Assembly: GCF_006345805.1 (NCBI RefSeq)
Contig: NC_043017.1
Span: forward strand, 19,096,001 to 19,160,000
DNA from: Octopus sinensis
Taxonomy: Eukaryota
Direction of reading: 5' to 3'
DNA length: 64,000 bases
Below are positions 11,378 through 23,812 of this stretch, in pieces (positions within the stretch are counted from its first letter, which is position 1; every line of letters starts with the position of its first letter). Under the pieces are notes generated by a model. It had not been told where the DNA came from and searched no databases. It saw nothing but the letters and a program-made list of their open reading frames with translations. The position numbers were made by a program, and so were the translations under genes.

Positions 11378-11764
11378 TCTTTATATATAAAAGTCAAGTT
11401 GTGTGTCTGTCTCCTACGATTTAGATTCCTAACTACTCCCACATTTTGCGGTGAAGTTTAACCAAAACCGGGTATCTTTTAGTCGTGATTCATATCAAGC
11501 CCTTCTGGGTATTAGCGCGCGTCTACGATGAGTCTACGATTTTAAAAATAATTTACCATCATTTTTTTCCATTTTAATGCATTTTTTCGCTATTATATAA
11601 GGGAAGTAACTCTCTAAAAATGTCTACGAGGAGTCAACGATTTAAAAAAAAATTTACCATAATTTTTTTTCCATTTTTAATGCATTTTTTGGCTATAACT
11701 CTCTGAAAATGCTTATATAGTTATTTCCCTTACAAACTCGAGCAACGCCGGGCGATACTGCTAG
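11378..11764 (+). mobile_element. Non-autonomous Helitron
   Basis: 5'-TC start, 3' GC-rich hairpin (GAGCAACGCCGGGCG) then CTAG, inserted between A and T, no TSD. Confidence 0.8.
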
Positions 11765-11803
11765 TATATATATATATATATGTCTAGACACACACACACT
11801 CAC

Positions 11804-11866
11804 AACAAACTTATGGTGCATTACAACGCGTCGTAAAAGGGTAAGAGAGATGGCAGAAAGCAGCAT
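11804..11866 (-). CDS. Candidate first coding exon of a leftward gene (MLLSAISLTLLRRVVMHHKFV; mitochondrial-presequence-like)
   Basis: ATG at 11866, donor GTT|GTGAGT at 11803, CTCTTCCG initiator-like motif about 75 nt upstream. No downstream exon was confidently found. Confidence 0.35.
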
Positions 11867-11929
11867 TGTCAGAAGAACTACAGCTATAATAACCAAAAGC
11901 CGAGAACACAGAATAATTTGACGAACGAA

Positions 11930-12120
11930 AAACGGAAGAGATTAAGTTAATTTTTAAAGCTACGTTATTTTGCTGATGTTAATAGACTGTGAAAAAATGT
12001 GGAAAAATTAATATTTATATTATAAAGGAAAGAACTGTTGTGTGGAACAGGAGATGATATAGCGTGAAGATATTTAAATTTATTAAAGCTTCTCAATAAC
12101 GGAAGTCACGTGGAAGTTTG
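11930..12120. promoter_or_regulatory. Putative CpG-rich bidirectional promoter
   Basis: ETS-type CGGAAG at 11933 and CGGAAGT at 12100, the latter overlapping E-box/CLEAR-like GTCACGTG (12105-12112). Locally retained CpGs and divergent candidate first exons. Confidence 0.5.
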
Positions 12121-12178
12121 TTGTTGTTGTTGTTCCCATGCTTACCTGCAGAAGCAATAATGTGTCCAAGGGGAAAGG

Positions 12179-12268
12179 ATGGATCCTCTGTTGCTGCTAA
12201 CATCTACCAACCGCTCTTGGGACAAATATCGTGTCAGATCTTCGAAATTAACCCACAATGATATTCAG
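12179..12268 (+). CDS. Candidate first coding exon of plus-strand host gene (MDPLLLLTSTNRSWDKYRVRSSKLTHNDIQ)
   Basis: ATG 67 nt after the E-box, 30 open codons, phase-0 donor CAG|GTAAAA. Two upstream out-of-frame ATGs are present. Confidence 0.4.
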
Positions 12269-12600
12269 GTAAAATATACACGACAAAATACATTTAATTC
12301 TCTCTCTCTTTTTTAATTTTTTTATTGTGATGTATGGAGGTTGGGAAGTTGTTTTTTTATATTGTGATTGGAGTAAACTAAATAGAAGTAATTCAGATTT
12401 TCAAAATCAAATGTTAACCCCCCCCCCTTCCGAAAAAAATTAATAAAATGGTAAATCGTAGAATCATTAATTTCCATGAAATGACTTCACATGCACACAC
12501 ATATACGAAAACGATTATATGTACTGTCGGATAACGCTTTTATCTGTTTTGATTACAGATAAAACGTGTGTGTGTGTATATATATATATATATCTATATA

Positions 12601-12631
<31 letters not shown>

Positions 12632-12639
12632 GTGTTATA

Positions 12640-12767
12640 TGTAGAAAAATACAAACTGGGACAAGAACGTAAAACATTTAGAAGACGATACAAAAAACAC
12701 GGACGGGACATTCGAAGTCTTCAGTCAAGAACCGGATCATCTTCGCAATTTCGGCTGATTAATCTTG

Positions 12768-12775
<8 letters not shown>
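12640..12775 (-). mobile_element. Possible Penelope-like element terminal remnant
   Basis: Minus strand GCCGAAATTGCGAAGATGATCCGGTTCTTGACTGAAGACTTCGAA resembles PLE pseudo-LTR ends; embedded in (TA)n. Confidence 0.3.
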
Positions 12776-12803
<28 letters not shown>

Positions 12804-12957
12804 TGTTAGATGATATCACATATGTCTTTGATTTCACATGTAAACGGAAGGCTTTGTTAGCATTCGAATATACCTCAAGCAAATTTGAAATGGTAACAAA
12901 TTTTTATTTATACACTTTACTGCTTAGCTCTTTCGTTTCGCGCACGAGTGTATATGT

Positions 12958-13039
<82 letters not shown>

Positions 13040-13501
13040 TCAGTAAATGATAAATCCGAAAAAGAAGCCCGCTCTAAGTTATAGAGCAGTAGAGTATATA
13101 AATAATCCCCTAAGTAGACCGGCCAAATCTATCTGTCTTTCTATAATTTAGATACATAAAAAAAAAGTATAAAATACCAGTCAAATTTTTATATCCGAAA
13201 TTATATGCTAACACAATGTTATCAAGGCAATCCAGGATGGGTTAAATTCACGCGTATACACTTATATGTATGTAAATATAATGGTTATATTTAGTGTAAC
13301 ATTAAACAAAAGCCCGGAACCCTGTGTCTCAATAACAACAATCAACCGCGAAATAACTCGTGTATAAAATGCATCTACTGTTTTTTTTATTTTATTATAT
13401 CTAGAAATCGATGTTTCGCTGTCAGTATTTTCTAAATTATATATTTTGATCTGTACTAACCACAACCCAGTCTTCCAGAACTACACACACACACATATAT
13501 A

Positions 13502-13632
13502 CAGGGTGTCCTCAAAAAATGTATACACATAGTGGTTCGGCAAAAGAGAACGATAGAATAAGTACTAGGCTTACAAAGAATAACAAATTTACAATTATTT
13601 AAGGTGTGTATACATTTTTTTGGGACACCCTG
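13502..13632. mobile_element. Tc1/mariner-type MITE carrying a SINE fragment
   Basis: TIRs CAGGGTGTCC.CAAAAAATGTATACAC / GTGTATACATTTTTTTGGGACACCCTG, TA TSD. The interior matches GGTTCGGCAAAAGAGA.CGATAGAATAAGTACTAGGCTTACAAAGAATAA of the composite SINE. Confidence 0.85.
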
Positions 13633-13725
13633 TATATATATATATATGTGTGTGTGTGTGTGAAAGAACTAAAGCGCTCTCACACACACACATATATATA
13701 TATTAGTTCACTGTAATTAATTAAA

Positions 13726-13982
13726 TGCAATAAAGTTTATCCTCGATGATCCGTTCTGGTTAAGCATCCAAATGCACTTGGAACATCCAATGCATGTTTC
13801 GAAGCAACTATAATGGTGAAGTGTTCCGACGAACACTTCACCGTTATATAAACTTTTGCTTACTGCAATTTCTACAATTTTTGCTCTCTATTTCATAAGT
13901 AGTAATACTACAAAACCTAACCATTATCCTGGAAACAGACCGGACTATGACAATCTACGTGGAGCCCTAAACTTAGCAGTTG
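13726..13982 (+). repeat. About 255-bp dispersed repeat, copy 2
   Basis: Near-identical to 8173-8429. Confidence 0.9.
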
Positions 13983-16900
13983 CAGTTGTACATCTGTTTG
14001 TACACACAAGATACTCATCTATCTATCTATCTATCTATCTGAGGTCGACTTTGCCTTTCATCCTTTCGGGGTCGATAAATTAAGTACCAGTTACGCACTG
14101 GGGTCGATATAATAGACTTAATCCCTTTGTCTGTCCTTGTTTGTCCCCTCTGTGTTTAGCCCCTTGTGGGTAGTAAAGAAATATATCTATCTATCTATCT
14201 ATCTATCTGTCTGTCTGTCTATCTAGAGGTGTGTGTATGTATGTATGTATGTATGTATGTTTGTATACACACACACTTCAAGCATTTGTCGTTGCTTTGT
14301 TGTAGAAGTAAATAGTAATTTTTCCTGGTTTGCCTTCATCCTTCCAGCCTTGACAATCCCTTCAGACTATGTCTCTGACGATTTTAACCAATGTATCCTC
14401 CCGTTCATTGGGAATTAAATCGAAGGAATTTGAGGCAGCCGGAGTAATTTTGCATTGGCCCTTCACAGCTTTTATTTCCATTATCTTCATATTCGAAGAG
14501 ATGGATGGATGGGAAAATGGCACATTTTTTTTACACCACGTAATTGTAAAGATATATTTCTTTATTGATTCGATAGTTCTAATTGCGATTTAGTAGCTGT
14601 CAGAAATAAATATAGAATTATTTGACCCCTTTAATTACTATAAGGGCCCCATCTCTTAAAAGAATACTTTTGGTATCACAACGAGATAGGGAGAATAAAT
14701 AAAAAAATAATCGATGGTTTATCTCACGGAATATTTCCAGAGACAGACTTTGGTGGAAGCCGTATTAAATACCAATGTATCATTTATTTATTAAAAATAA
14801 TCTTCGATTTGTATGTTGTATTTCTTTCTATGCGTGCTAAGAAATCTTTTTTTCTTAATTATTTTTGTTTCCCTTAATGAAACCTAAAAATAGCTCTGAA
14901 ATCATTGCGTTTAGGATTTAGCATTCGAAAGATTTATATAAAAATGGTGTGTAACCTCGGCCGCAATCGGTGCCAGGAATTTTGTATGGAGAAAAAATAC
15001 ATAATAGTAATGATTAATGATAATGGTGAGCTTATTGTGTACAGTGTTCAGGTATACTAAACACATACAAACACAAGTTTCTTTTTATCTTTTACCTGTT
15101 TCAGTCACTGAACTGCGACCAGGCTGGGGCACCGCATTGGAGGCTTTTAGTCAAACAAATCGATCTCAGTACCTAAGTTTTTTAAAGCCTCGAGAAAACA
15201 AACCAACACCGTTTGTCAAGCGATGCCCCATCCCCCACCGACGGACTTCTTTGAGTTTTTTGCCTACGAAATTCACTCACAAGGTTTTGGTCGTTTTGGG
15301 GCTATAGTACAAGGCACTTGGCCACACAGTGTGACTGAACTCGAAACCACGTAGTTGGGAAGCGAGCTTCTGAACCTTATAACCACGTCTGTGCTTAACA
15401 TAAAATCGATTGTATCGACTGGAACTTTATTTTACCGGTCTCCAGAGAATTTAGGGTAAACCTCAATATGTAAGGGATTTAAATCCTGAGTGTAAAGGTT
15501 CTCAATTCAATAAATATCCAAGACATTTTATCCGAACCTTTACCGATTCTATCGACCGCCAACCTCTGATGGCTTGTAATTTAGACACAACGCTAGCAAT
15601 TTTGAGGGTGAATGGGGATTAGTCGGTACTATCGATCCCGGTACTTGTCTGGTATTTTATTTTATCGACCTCAAAGGGATGAAACGCAAAGTGGACGTCG
15701 GCGGGATTTGAACTCGGGACATGAAGAGCCAGAAGAAATGTCGCAAGTATAGAAGCTCTGCCGCTAAATTACATATCTACAAATAGGACGTCATTCACCC
15801 TCTTTTTCAGCCTAGTCTCTTGAAGAACGTTGTGGTTGACTGACGTCGTTTACTAATACCGAAGGATTGCCTACACGCGTAACAGTAATATTACATACTA
15901 TATATGTCTTGTCTATAATATAATTAATATATAAATATATATTTTAGGTGTTAGCTATCCCTACATCAGCTCTAGAGATCATTGATGGAAAGTGTTTCAC
16001 CCGTGTTTAGTCACGCATAGCGGTATTGAGGTCAATGTCGACATATCTAGCAAGTCGGGGTGGGTTAGTGGTGATCTGTCAGGGATGGGGAACAGCTTCC
16101 TTCATCTGTGTTTCGTTTACTGACAAGATTACTCCAGTCTTTCGTTTGCTACTTAATGTACGTACGAGGGTTACCTGCTGTAACCAAAGATGGTAAAAAT
16201 CTTGTTAAGTTAGATAGGAATCACGGACAAAACACTGATGTTTTATTTTATTCTATGGGTGCGTTTGGCAGCCATCGTGACAGACGGTCATTGTCTGTGT
16301 AGGTAGACAATGGCGTCTCGGGGGCCCCTACACATACACACACTTCTTTATTTACGCAAATACACACATTTCACTACACTACCTACTAGACACAGAGCAC
16401 TATATATGCAAGTATAGAGACTGTATAAAACACACACACATACACGCGCTCACACTGTTAATCGTTGTTGCCCAAACATCTTTAGTTCCACACGCACACA
16501 CATACACACACTCCACTATACAACTATTGCCATACATACACTGTAATACACTTACAGACTGCTCCACGAACACTTTTACATACACATTTACATATACACA
16601 AGTGCACATACATCTACACATACACCATTACACACAACTACACATGTACAAGTATCATGTTCCTCCATCAGAGCAACGAGGCGGACCATTTAGTCATCCT
16701 TGAGGATGGACTTGTGCAGTGGCTTTGTTTAAAACGAGGAAGAGTTGCATGCATCAAACCTCATTCTCTTGACCATAACCATCCTCAATCCAGTGGCAGG
16801 ACTAGGTCAAGACAACTGGGGATGGAGACAGATGCAGTGGATGACCAAGATGTCTTACTTGTCTCATCTTGCTCTCTGCATTCTACAGTGCATTGCTATA

Positions 16901-17195
16901 GCTGCCTTTCCCCTCTGTTGAATCATGAAAATGTCTTCTGGAGAGTCAGCCGGATTCAGTCTTCACATGCATAGGTAGGCAAGCCCTAAAATGCTAATTA
17001 ACCAATAGCTGAGACGTTGACAAGTGCTACTTCTCCAGGTCACAGTAGACCTAGGATCAACAGCAGCTAAGTGGTGGTCCTACACTCCTCAACACCCTAG
17101 AATTCTTGAACCAGGGCCCCACTATCAGATGCAGTTTAAAATCGTATGATGCTGTGTATAGTCGTGTATGTACTGGCTTATATAGTTGTGTAAAG

Positions 17196-17494
17196 CAGTG
17201 CTTCTCAAACTATCTGATGTGGTGTACTGATAGTTTTTTTTTTTATCCAGCAAGCCAGGGACAATAATATTTCTTAGTAATATTAATTTATACCAGAAAC
17301 AATATATATAATAAACAAAATAAAGTTGGCAATTTTTATTATCTTATATTTATTTTGTAAACAAATAATACAATATTACACAAACATTTTATAAGCATTT
17401 TATAATGTTTCTTTTCTGGAAACTTGCCACTTACTGGCAGCTGATGGCTCACGGGCTGGCACCAGTCCGCAGACCACCACGTTGAGTAGCACTG
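17196..17494. mobile_element. hAT (Charlie-like) MITE
   Basis: TIRs CAGTGCTTCTCAA / TTGAGTAGCACTG; perfect 8-bp TSD GTGTAAAG (17188-17195 and 17495-17502). Confidence 0.9.
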
Positions 17495-17595
17495 GTGTAA
17501 AGTATGACTATGCAATTATCACTACTAACTCATGTAGCACTATATGTATACCACTATATACACTGGTACACATACATTATGACTCATACAAGTAC

Positions 17596-17900
17596 ATCAT
17601 CATCATCATCATTTAGCATCCACTTTCCATGCTAGCATGGGTTGGATGGTTCAACTGGGGTCTGGAAAGCCAGAAGGCTGTACCAGGCCCAGTCTGATCT
17701 GGCAATGTTTCTACGGCTGGATGCCCTTCCTAATGCCAACCACTCCGTGAGTGTAGTGGGTGCGTTTTACGTGCCACCAGCACAGGTGCCAGACTAGGCT
17801 GGCAAACGGCCACGGTCGGATGGTGCTTTTTACATGCCACCGGCACGGGAGCCATGTGGCTGATGCCGGTGGTACATAAAAAGCACCTTTTGAGTGTTGG
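17596..17900 (-). mobile_element. RTE 3'-end derivative (short truncated copy)
   Basis: (CAT)n plus CTTTCCATGCTAGCATGGGTTGG and 3' UTR repeat units. Similar copies lie at about 30330-30640, 39240-39420, 45300-45738, 45850-46100, 52190-52460 and 53500-53800. Confidence 0.8.
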
Positions 17901-18732
17901 GCCTCATGGAGGCAATGACATATGACTGAGACCTTCGGCAATATGCTGTCTTGAATAGGAGACCCATCAAGCCAATTGAAATCATAGTTGTGGCACAGGA
18001 GGAGATGATGAGCAGTGATTTGGCCACCTCTGCTAACCCATCATCAGGATGGCATTATAGTTCAAGGTTGAGATACCTGATGATTGTTGGATACCATCTG
18101 ATGACATCAGTTTCTACCGGCTAAAGCTCCATTCATTTTGGTGTGTAGGAAAGAAGCACCTTCCAGGGGTTATCAATAACATATATAAATATATGTGTGC
18201 TACGCTTCTTACCACACAGGTGGCTGTGTGGTAAAAAGCTTGCTTTCCAACCACATGGTTCTGGGTTCAGTACCACCACTGTGTAGGATCTTAGGCAAGT
18301 GTCTTCTGTTATAGCCTCAGGTCAACCAGAGTGGATTTGTCAGTGGATTTGGTAGATGGAAATTGAAAGAAGCCTGTCATATATGAATGTGTGTGTGTCT
18401 TTGTGTCTGTAGTATTTGTCCCCCATCACTGCTTGAGAACTGGTGTTCATGTGTTTATGTCCCCATAACTTAGCGGTTTGGCAAAACCACTAAGTTGCGG
18501 ATAGAATAAATACTAGGCTTAAAAAAAAAATAGTCCTGGGGTCAATTCATTCGACTAAAATCCTTCAAGGCGGTGCTCCAACTTGGCCAAAGAATATATA
18601 TACATGCCATTTCATGTTGTGTACGGTACAAGAATTTACGACCCAAGTCAGATGTAAGAAATTACTCCGAATAATTGTTAGAGAATCCATGCAAATCGAG
18701 TCAAGACTGGTGAGTTTGTCCTGGCATTGAGT

Positions 18733-19128
18733 TCTCTTTTTTTTACTTGTTTCAGTCATTTTGACTGTGGCCATGCTGGAGCACCGCCTTTAATCGAGCA
18801 ACTCGACTCCGGGACTTATGCTTTGTAAGCCCAGTACTTATTCTATCGGTCTCTTTTGCCGAACCGCTAAGTGACGGGGACATAAACACACCAGCATCGG
18901 TTGTCAAGCAATGCTAGGGGGACAAACACAGACACACAAACATACATGCACATATACATATATACGACGGGCTTCTTTCAGTTTCCGTCTACCAAATCCA
19001 CTCACAAGGCTTTGGTCTGCCCGAGGCTATAGTAGAAGACACTTGCCCAATGTGCCACGCAGTGGGACTGAACCCGGAACCATGTGGCTGGTAAACAAGC
19101 TACTTACCACACAGCCACTCCTGCGCCT
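18733..19128 (-). mobile_element. Composite tRNA-derived SINE
   Basis: Near-identical to 9831-10238. Confidence 0.85.
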
Positions 19129-19386
19129 ACGCAGTTGTATAAGTTGGGATAATAAAGTCAAACCAAATACAGGCATACCTCCCCCTACGTTGTTAATTGG
19201 TTCCAGGAGACACAAGACTGTGGTTGGTCCAGAGCTATAGTAGAAGACACTTGCTCAAGGTGCCACAAGTTGGTGGGAGGTGTTTTTCTTAAGCATAGAA
19301 CCATGCATGCATTAGAAATCAATGTATATTTTTGTAGATAACAATTTCATCATGCCCAACCCCACCCACCTGTTTGTTCTGACCAG

Positions 19387-19457
19387 ATCTATCCAAGGAC
19401 ATCTGTACCCTTTAATCATGCTATGATTAATAAAATTAAATACCAGCTCATACTTAG
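19387..19457 (+). CDS. Candidate internal exon (IYPRTSVPFNHAMINKIKYQLIL+AG)
   Basis: Acceptor TGTTTGTTCTGACCAG, donor AG|GTTAGT, phase 0 to 2, compatible with the 12179-12268 exon. Confidence 0.4.
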
Positions 19458-19738
19458 GTTAGTTGTTCCCTTTTATTCAAATGCATATCATTTGTGTTAA
19501 AAATCAACATATCTAGTTAATGATTTAAGTAGTACCATCTGACCTCTAGTTATTGTAATTTATTATTTTGTTTGTTTTGCAAACTCATTGATCTGTTGAT
19601 TGATTGATTAATGTAGATGACCAGTCATGTGCTAAACGTGATACAATTCTTAACACATAATCAACATCTGAGACATACTTCATCAAATAGGATAGAGTGA
19701 TGTTAGAACCAGTTTGGATCAGTAATATTATATCATAA

Positions 19739-20330
19739 GGTGGCGAGCTGGCAGAGACATTAGCACACCGGGAGAAATGCTTAGCAGTATTTCATCTGCC
19801 GCTATGTTCTGAGTTCAAATTCTGCCAAGGTCGACTTTGCCTTTCATCCTTTCGGGGTCAATTAAATAAGTACTTGTTACGCACTGGGGGCGATATAATC
19901 AACTTAATCCGTTTGTCTGTCCTTGTTTGTCCCCTCTGTGTGTAGCCCCTTGTGGGTAGTAAAGAAATAAGAAACATTAGCATGCCAGGCGATATGCTTA
20001 GCGGTATTTCATCTGTCTTTATGTTCTGAGTTCAAATTCCACCAAGGTCGACTTTGCCTTTCATCCTTTTGGGGCTGATAAATTAAATACCAGTTGTGTA
20101 CTGGGGTTGATCTAATTGACTGGACCCCCCCCCCGCACCCTTCACAAAAATTTTGGGCCTTGTGCCTAGAGTAGAAATGAATATTATATCATAAGGCAGC
20201 AAGCTGGCAGAATCGGGGTCGATTAAATAAGTACCAGTTATGCACTGGAGTTGATGTAATCGACTTAATCCCTTTGTCTGTCCGTGTTTGTCCTCTCTAT
20301 GTTTAGCCCCCTGTATGCAATAAAGAAATA
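19739..20330 (+). mobile_element. Cluster of three Nin-domain SINE segments
   Basis: A full copy at 19739-19969 is directly followed by 5'-truncated copies with alternative tails. Confidence 0.8.
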
Positions 20331-22256
20331 AATATCATATCATAAATCAACTATGTCTTGGTGTGCTGTGCTGAATAGGGATCATAATGTCTCAGTTAAC
20401 TAACATTACCTTGGAAGTCAGAGAAAGTAACTCAAATTGTTTTTATTTTTCTTTGCAACCCTTAAAGAAAAAGGGTAGATGAATGTCAAAAATTAAGAAA
20501 TAATTTCACAAAATAAATTTACATGCATTGGGCGGTGGTGATGGGAAATCTGATCTTTGTTTGCTATCAAGAGAAACAACTAAGGACATGGTTCTATCTT
20601 CATCAGCCTCATCAGCATAGCATAGTTTCTACTGAAGCCTACTTTGATTAAAAGACTAAGGATTTTTCTTTCTTTTTATGCAGGTATAGCTGTGTGGTTA
20701 AGAAGTTTGCTTCCCACTGACATGGTTTTGAGTTCAGTCCCGCTCTGTGATATTTTGGGCTAGTGTCTTTTAGTATAGCCATGGGTCAACCAAAGACTTT
20801 TGAGTGGATGTGTTAGACAGAAACTGAAAGAAGACAATCGTGTGTGTGTGTGTGTGTGCTTGTCTTGACGTCATGTAACGACTGCGAATGAGCATCCCTG
20901 TCATACAAGTGGTACCACTTGTTTTCTATATTCCTCGAAAACATCATCATTTAATGTTTGGTTTCCATGTTTACACGAGCCAAATGACATTTGTTAGGCA
21001 GACAAAAGGACATTCACACACACACACACACATACAAGTTCAAAAAAGCTACGTCCGTCCACTTAAAATAAAGAACTTAAAGACACATCTGAGAATGGGT
21101 CAACATTTAATCTATAATTGTTTGTGACAAATTAAAATATTGTTTCAGCCTCTGGTTATCTGAATAGCCATAGACAAAACAAAAGGGGAATTCTATTGAA
21201 TTAACATTTATGGATTAAATATATATTATCATCATCATCTTTTAATGTCCATTTTCTTTCCTGGCATGGATTGGATGGTTTGACCAGAGCTGGCAAGTGC
21301 ATCCAGCTATAGAATCTATGACAAAGCAACCGGTGGACCATGGTGCTATCCTCTAACTTGGCAGCTTCTGTCAAACCATCCAACACATGCCAGCATGGAA
21401 AATGGATGGTAAATGGTGATGACAACAACAATATATATCTATAATATAAATTGAACATGGGCGATCATTGTATTCTTTCTTGTCTTGAGGTTCACAGCCA
21501 AATGGCTGGGTGGATTTGCATGAAAAATGGCACACATGTGGAGACGGGTGCATAGATTGGAATGTGGTTTGTATTTTTTTCCTAGCCCTCATGGTTAACG
21601 AGAAAATTGATTAAAACTTTTTCTAATGGAATCCCCTGTTTGTTCCGCCATTAAAACAACCACTTGCTCACACAGCCGGCATATACCATTTCACTACCAA
21701 CAAGGAGAGTACAAGATGACAGTCAGCCAAAACTTTCGCTATGCTGTCTCTCTTCTTTCACCTCATTGTAGGGTTAATAATCTTAATCTTTAGTTACAGT
21801 TTCTCATTCAAACTACGTAATAGGCAGAATTGTTGGATTAAAACAGTAGGGTGTTTTGAGGGAGATTTGGCTGCTATTTCTACCTGGTCTAGCTACCGTG
21901 TAGAGGTCTGCCTCATTTATATTATATATATTCCTTATGCTTTCCAAAACTGAGTTACAGATTTTGACGTATGGGGTATCAAATTTTGGCTACAAATGCT
22001 GGTCTACATCATTTTATGTATCCTTGTTTTAAGATGGATCTATCTGATGTAAAGGAGATTTAGCTGTTGTTTTTAGCAGGTTGAACGTTACTGTACTGGC
22101 TATTTTGTTGACATTTTGCGTTTGCTATTGTTTGACCCAGCTTTCAACATTTGTTCTTTAAAAGAGAAAAACAAAAACAAACCATACTTGTTTTTAGGTC
22201 TATTAAATAAATAGTCAACAAGCATTCAGTGTCGTCAGTTTAGACTTGTTTGGCAG

Positions 22257-22338
22257 GAAATTTGATCTGAGAGTTGTGTGTTGCAGTGGATGGGAAAAAG
22301 TACACAGTCTTTGTTTCATTCAAAACAGAAACACACTG
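22257..22338 (+). CDS. Candidate internal exon (KFDLRVVCCSGWEKVHSLCFIQNRNTL)
   Basis: Acceptor ACTTGTTTGGCAG, phase 2 compatible with the previous exon. The donor GTAGAG is weak. Confidence 0.25.
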
Positions 22339-22601
22339 GTAGAGTCGGTTTTACTTTATTCATCATCATTGTTTTAAGATCCACTTTTTCATGGTTGCTT
22401 GAGTCAGATGTATGCAAGGCTGGCTAGCTTCTTTCAGTTTCTGTCTGACAAATCTACTCACAAGGCTTTGATCGGCTCAGCGTTAAAGAAGACACTTGCT
22501 AAAAGTGTCATGCAATGGGACTGAACTCAAAACCACGCTGTTGGGAAGTGAACTTCTTAAATTACACAGCCACGCATGCACCTACATAAACACACACACG
22601 T

Positions 22602-23420
22602 ATAGGGTGCAGTGAGTAAACTCTTGTCTAAATTACACAAAAATGAAAATAACACTGACGTCTCATTTCAGCATCTCATTTATGTACTGAGATTACTTAA
22701 AAATATCTTGAAATACTAAAGAGTAAATTTATTCAATTGGGGGAAGCACTCCGTCGGTTACGACGACGAGGGTTCCGGTTGATCCGAATCAACGGAACAG
22801 CCTGCTTGTGAAATTAACGTGTAAGTGGCTGAGCACTCCACAGACACGTGTACCCTTAACGTAGTTCTCGGGGATATTCAGCTTGACACAGAGAGTGACA
22901 AGGCCGGCCCTTTGAAATACAGGTACAACAGAAACAGGAAGTAAGAGTGAGAGAAAGTTGTGGTGAAAGAATACAGCAGGGATCACCACCATCCCCTGCC
23001 GGAGCCTCGTGGAGCTTTTAGGTGTTTTCGCTCAATAACACTCACAACACCCGGTCTGGGAATCGAAACCGCGAGTCCGCTGCCCTAACCACTGGGCCAT
23101 TGCGCCTCCACAAATTTATTCAATAAAATCACCAATGGCTTCAACTATGGCTGCCAGACGACTTCGGAATTTCCTGCAAATCCTTCTTTAAGTTGTTGAA
23201 TGCTGCCATAATCCTTGCCTTCAGTTCATCTTTGGTGTTATAAGGAGTTTTGTTGGTCTCTCGCTCAACTGCGCCCCACACATAATAATCAAAGGGGTTA
23301 CAGTCTGGGGAGTTAGGTGGTCAGATGTTAGGGGTCGTGTGGTCGCAGAAATTGAATGATAACTGTGACTGGGTTCTCCTGCTTGTGTTGCATGGTGCAG
23401 AGTCCTGTTGCCATTTGAGT
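22602..23420 (-). mobile_element. maT/DD37D-like transposon 3' part interrupted by a SINE
   Basis: Minus frame PPNSPDCNPFDYYVWGAVERETNKTPYNTKDELKARIMAAFNNL...EAIGDFIE* (with frameshift). Confidence 0.8.
22738..23111 (-). mobile_element. Full-length tRNA-derived SINE
   Basis: Head GTGGAGGCGCAATGGCCCAGTGGTTAGGGCAGCGGACTC...TTCGATTCC (A/B boxes); 13-bp TSD AAATTTATTCAAT at 22725-22737 and 23112-23124. Confidence 0.9.
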
Positions 23421-23812
23421 ACTATTTTCTCCACCTTGGTTGGAAAGTTGATCTCTTTAACCACACAGCCATACCTGCGCATATGAATGTCCATATGACT
23501 GGGAAAAATTGTTTATGAGCAGATGGTATCTTTCCACTAATAACCACACTCGTTAGAGATTAAACAGCTGTCATATTTACATTTTGCATGGTAAATGTAA
23601 CTATATATGTTCTTTATAGATAAAACACAAAACAGAATCATCTTCGTTTGTAAAGAATCATTGATTCATGTAAATGATCGTTGTATTGTACTATTTATTG
23701 AACTAATCTATTTAAGTTGCACATAATAAAAACGATTTCTTTTCTATTTTTCATTGTCGATTACTTAGTTAGCAGAAGAAAGGGTATCCAGCTGGAAAGA
23801 GTATTTGTTTAA

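Noticed and set aside
15950-16200. Penelope RT remnant (LDMSTL-TSIPL on the minus strand) or host exon
   Set aside because: The similarity is too short and all frames close quickly; it cannot be supported without a search.
16657-17150. 105-aa ORF as a gene
   Set aside because: No recognisable motif or splice signals; it looks like decayed repeat sequence.
22738-23111. Genuine tRNA gene
   Set aside because: The tRNA-like head continues into a SINE body with a TSD and no complete cloverleaf. The same holds for the other SINE heads.
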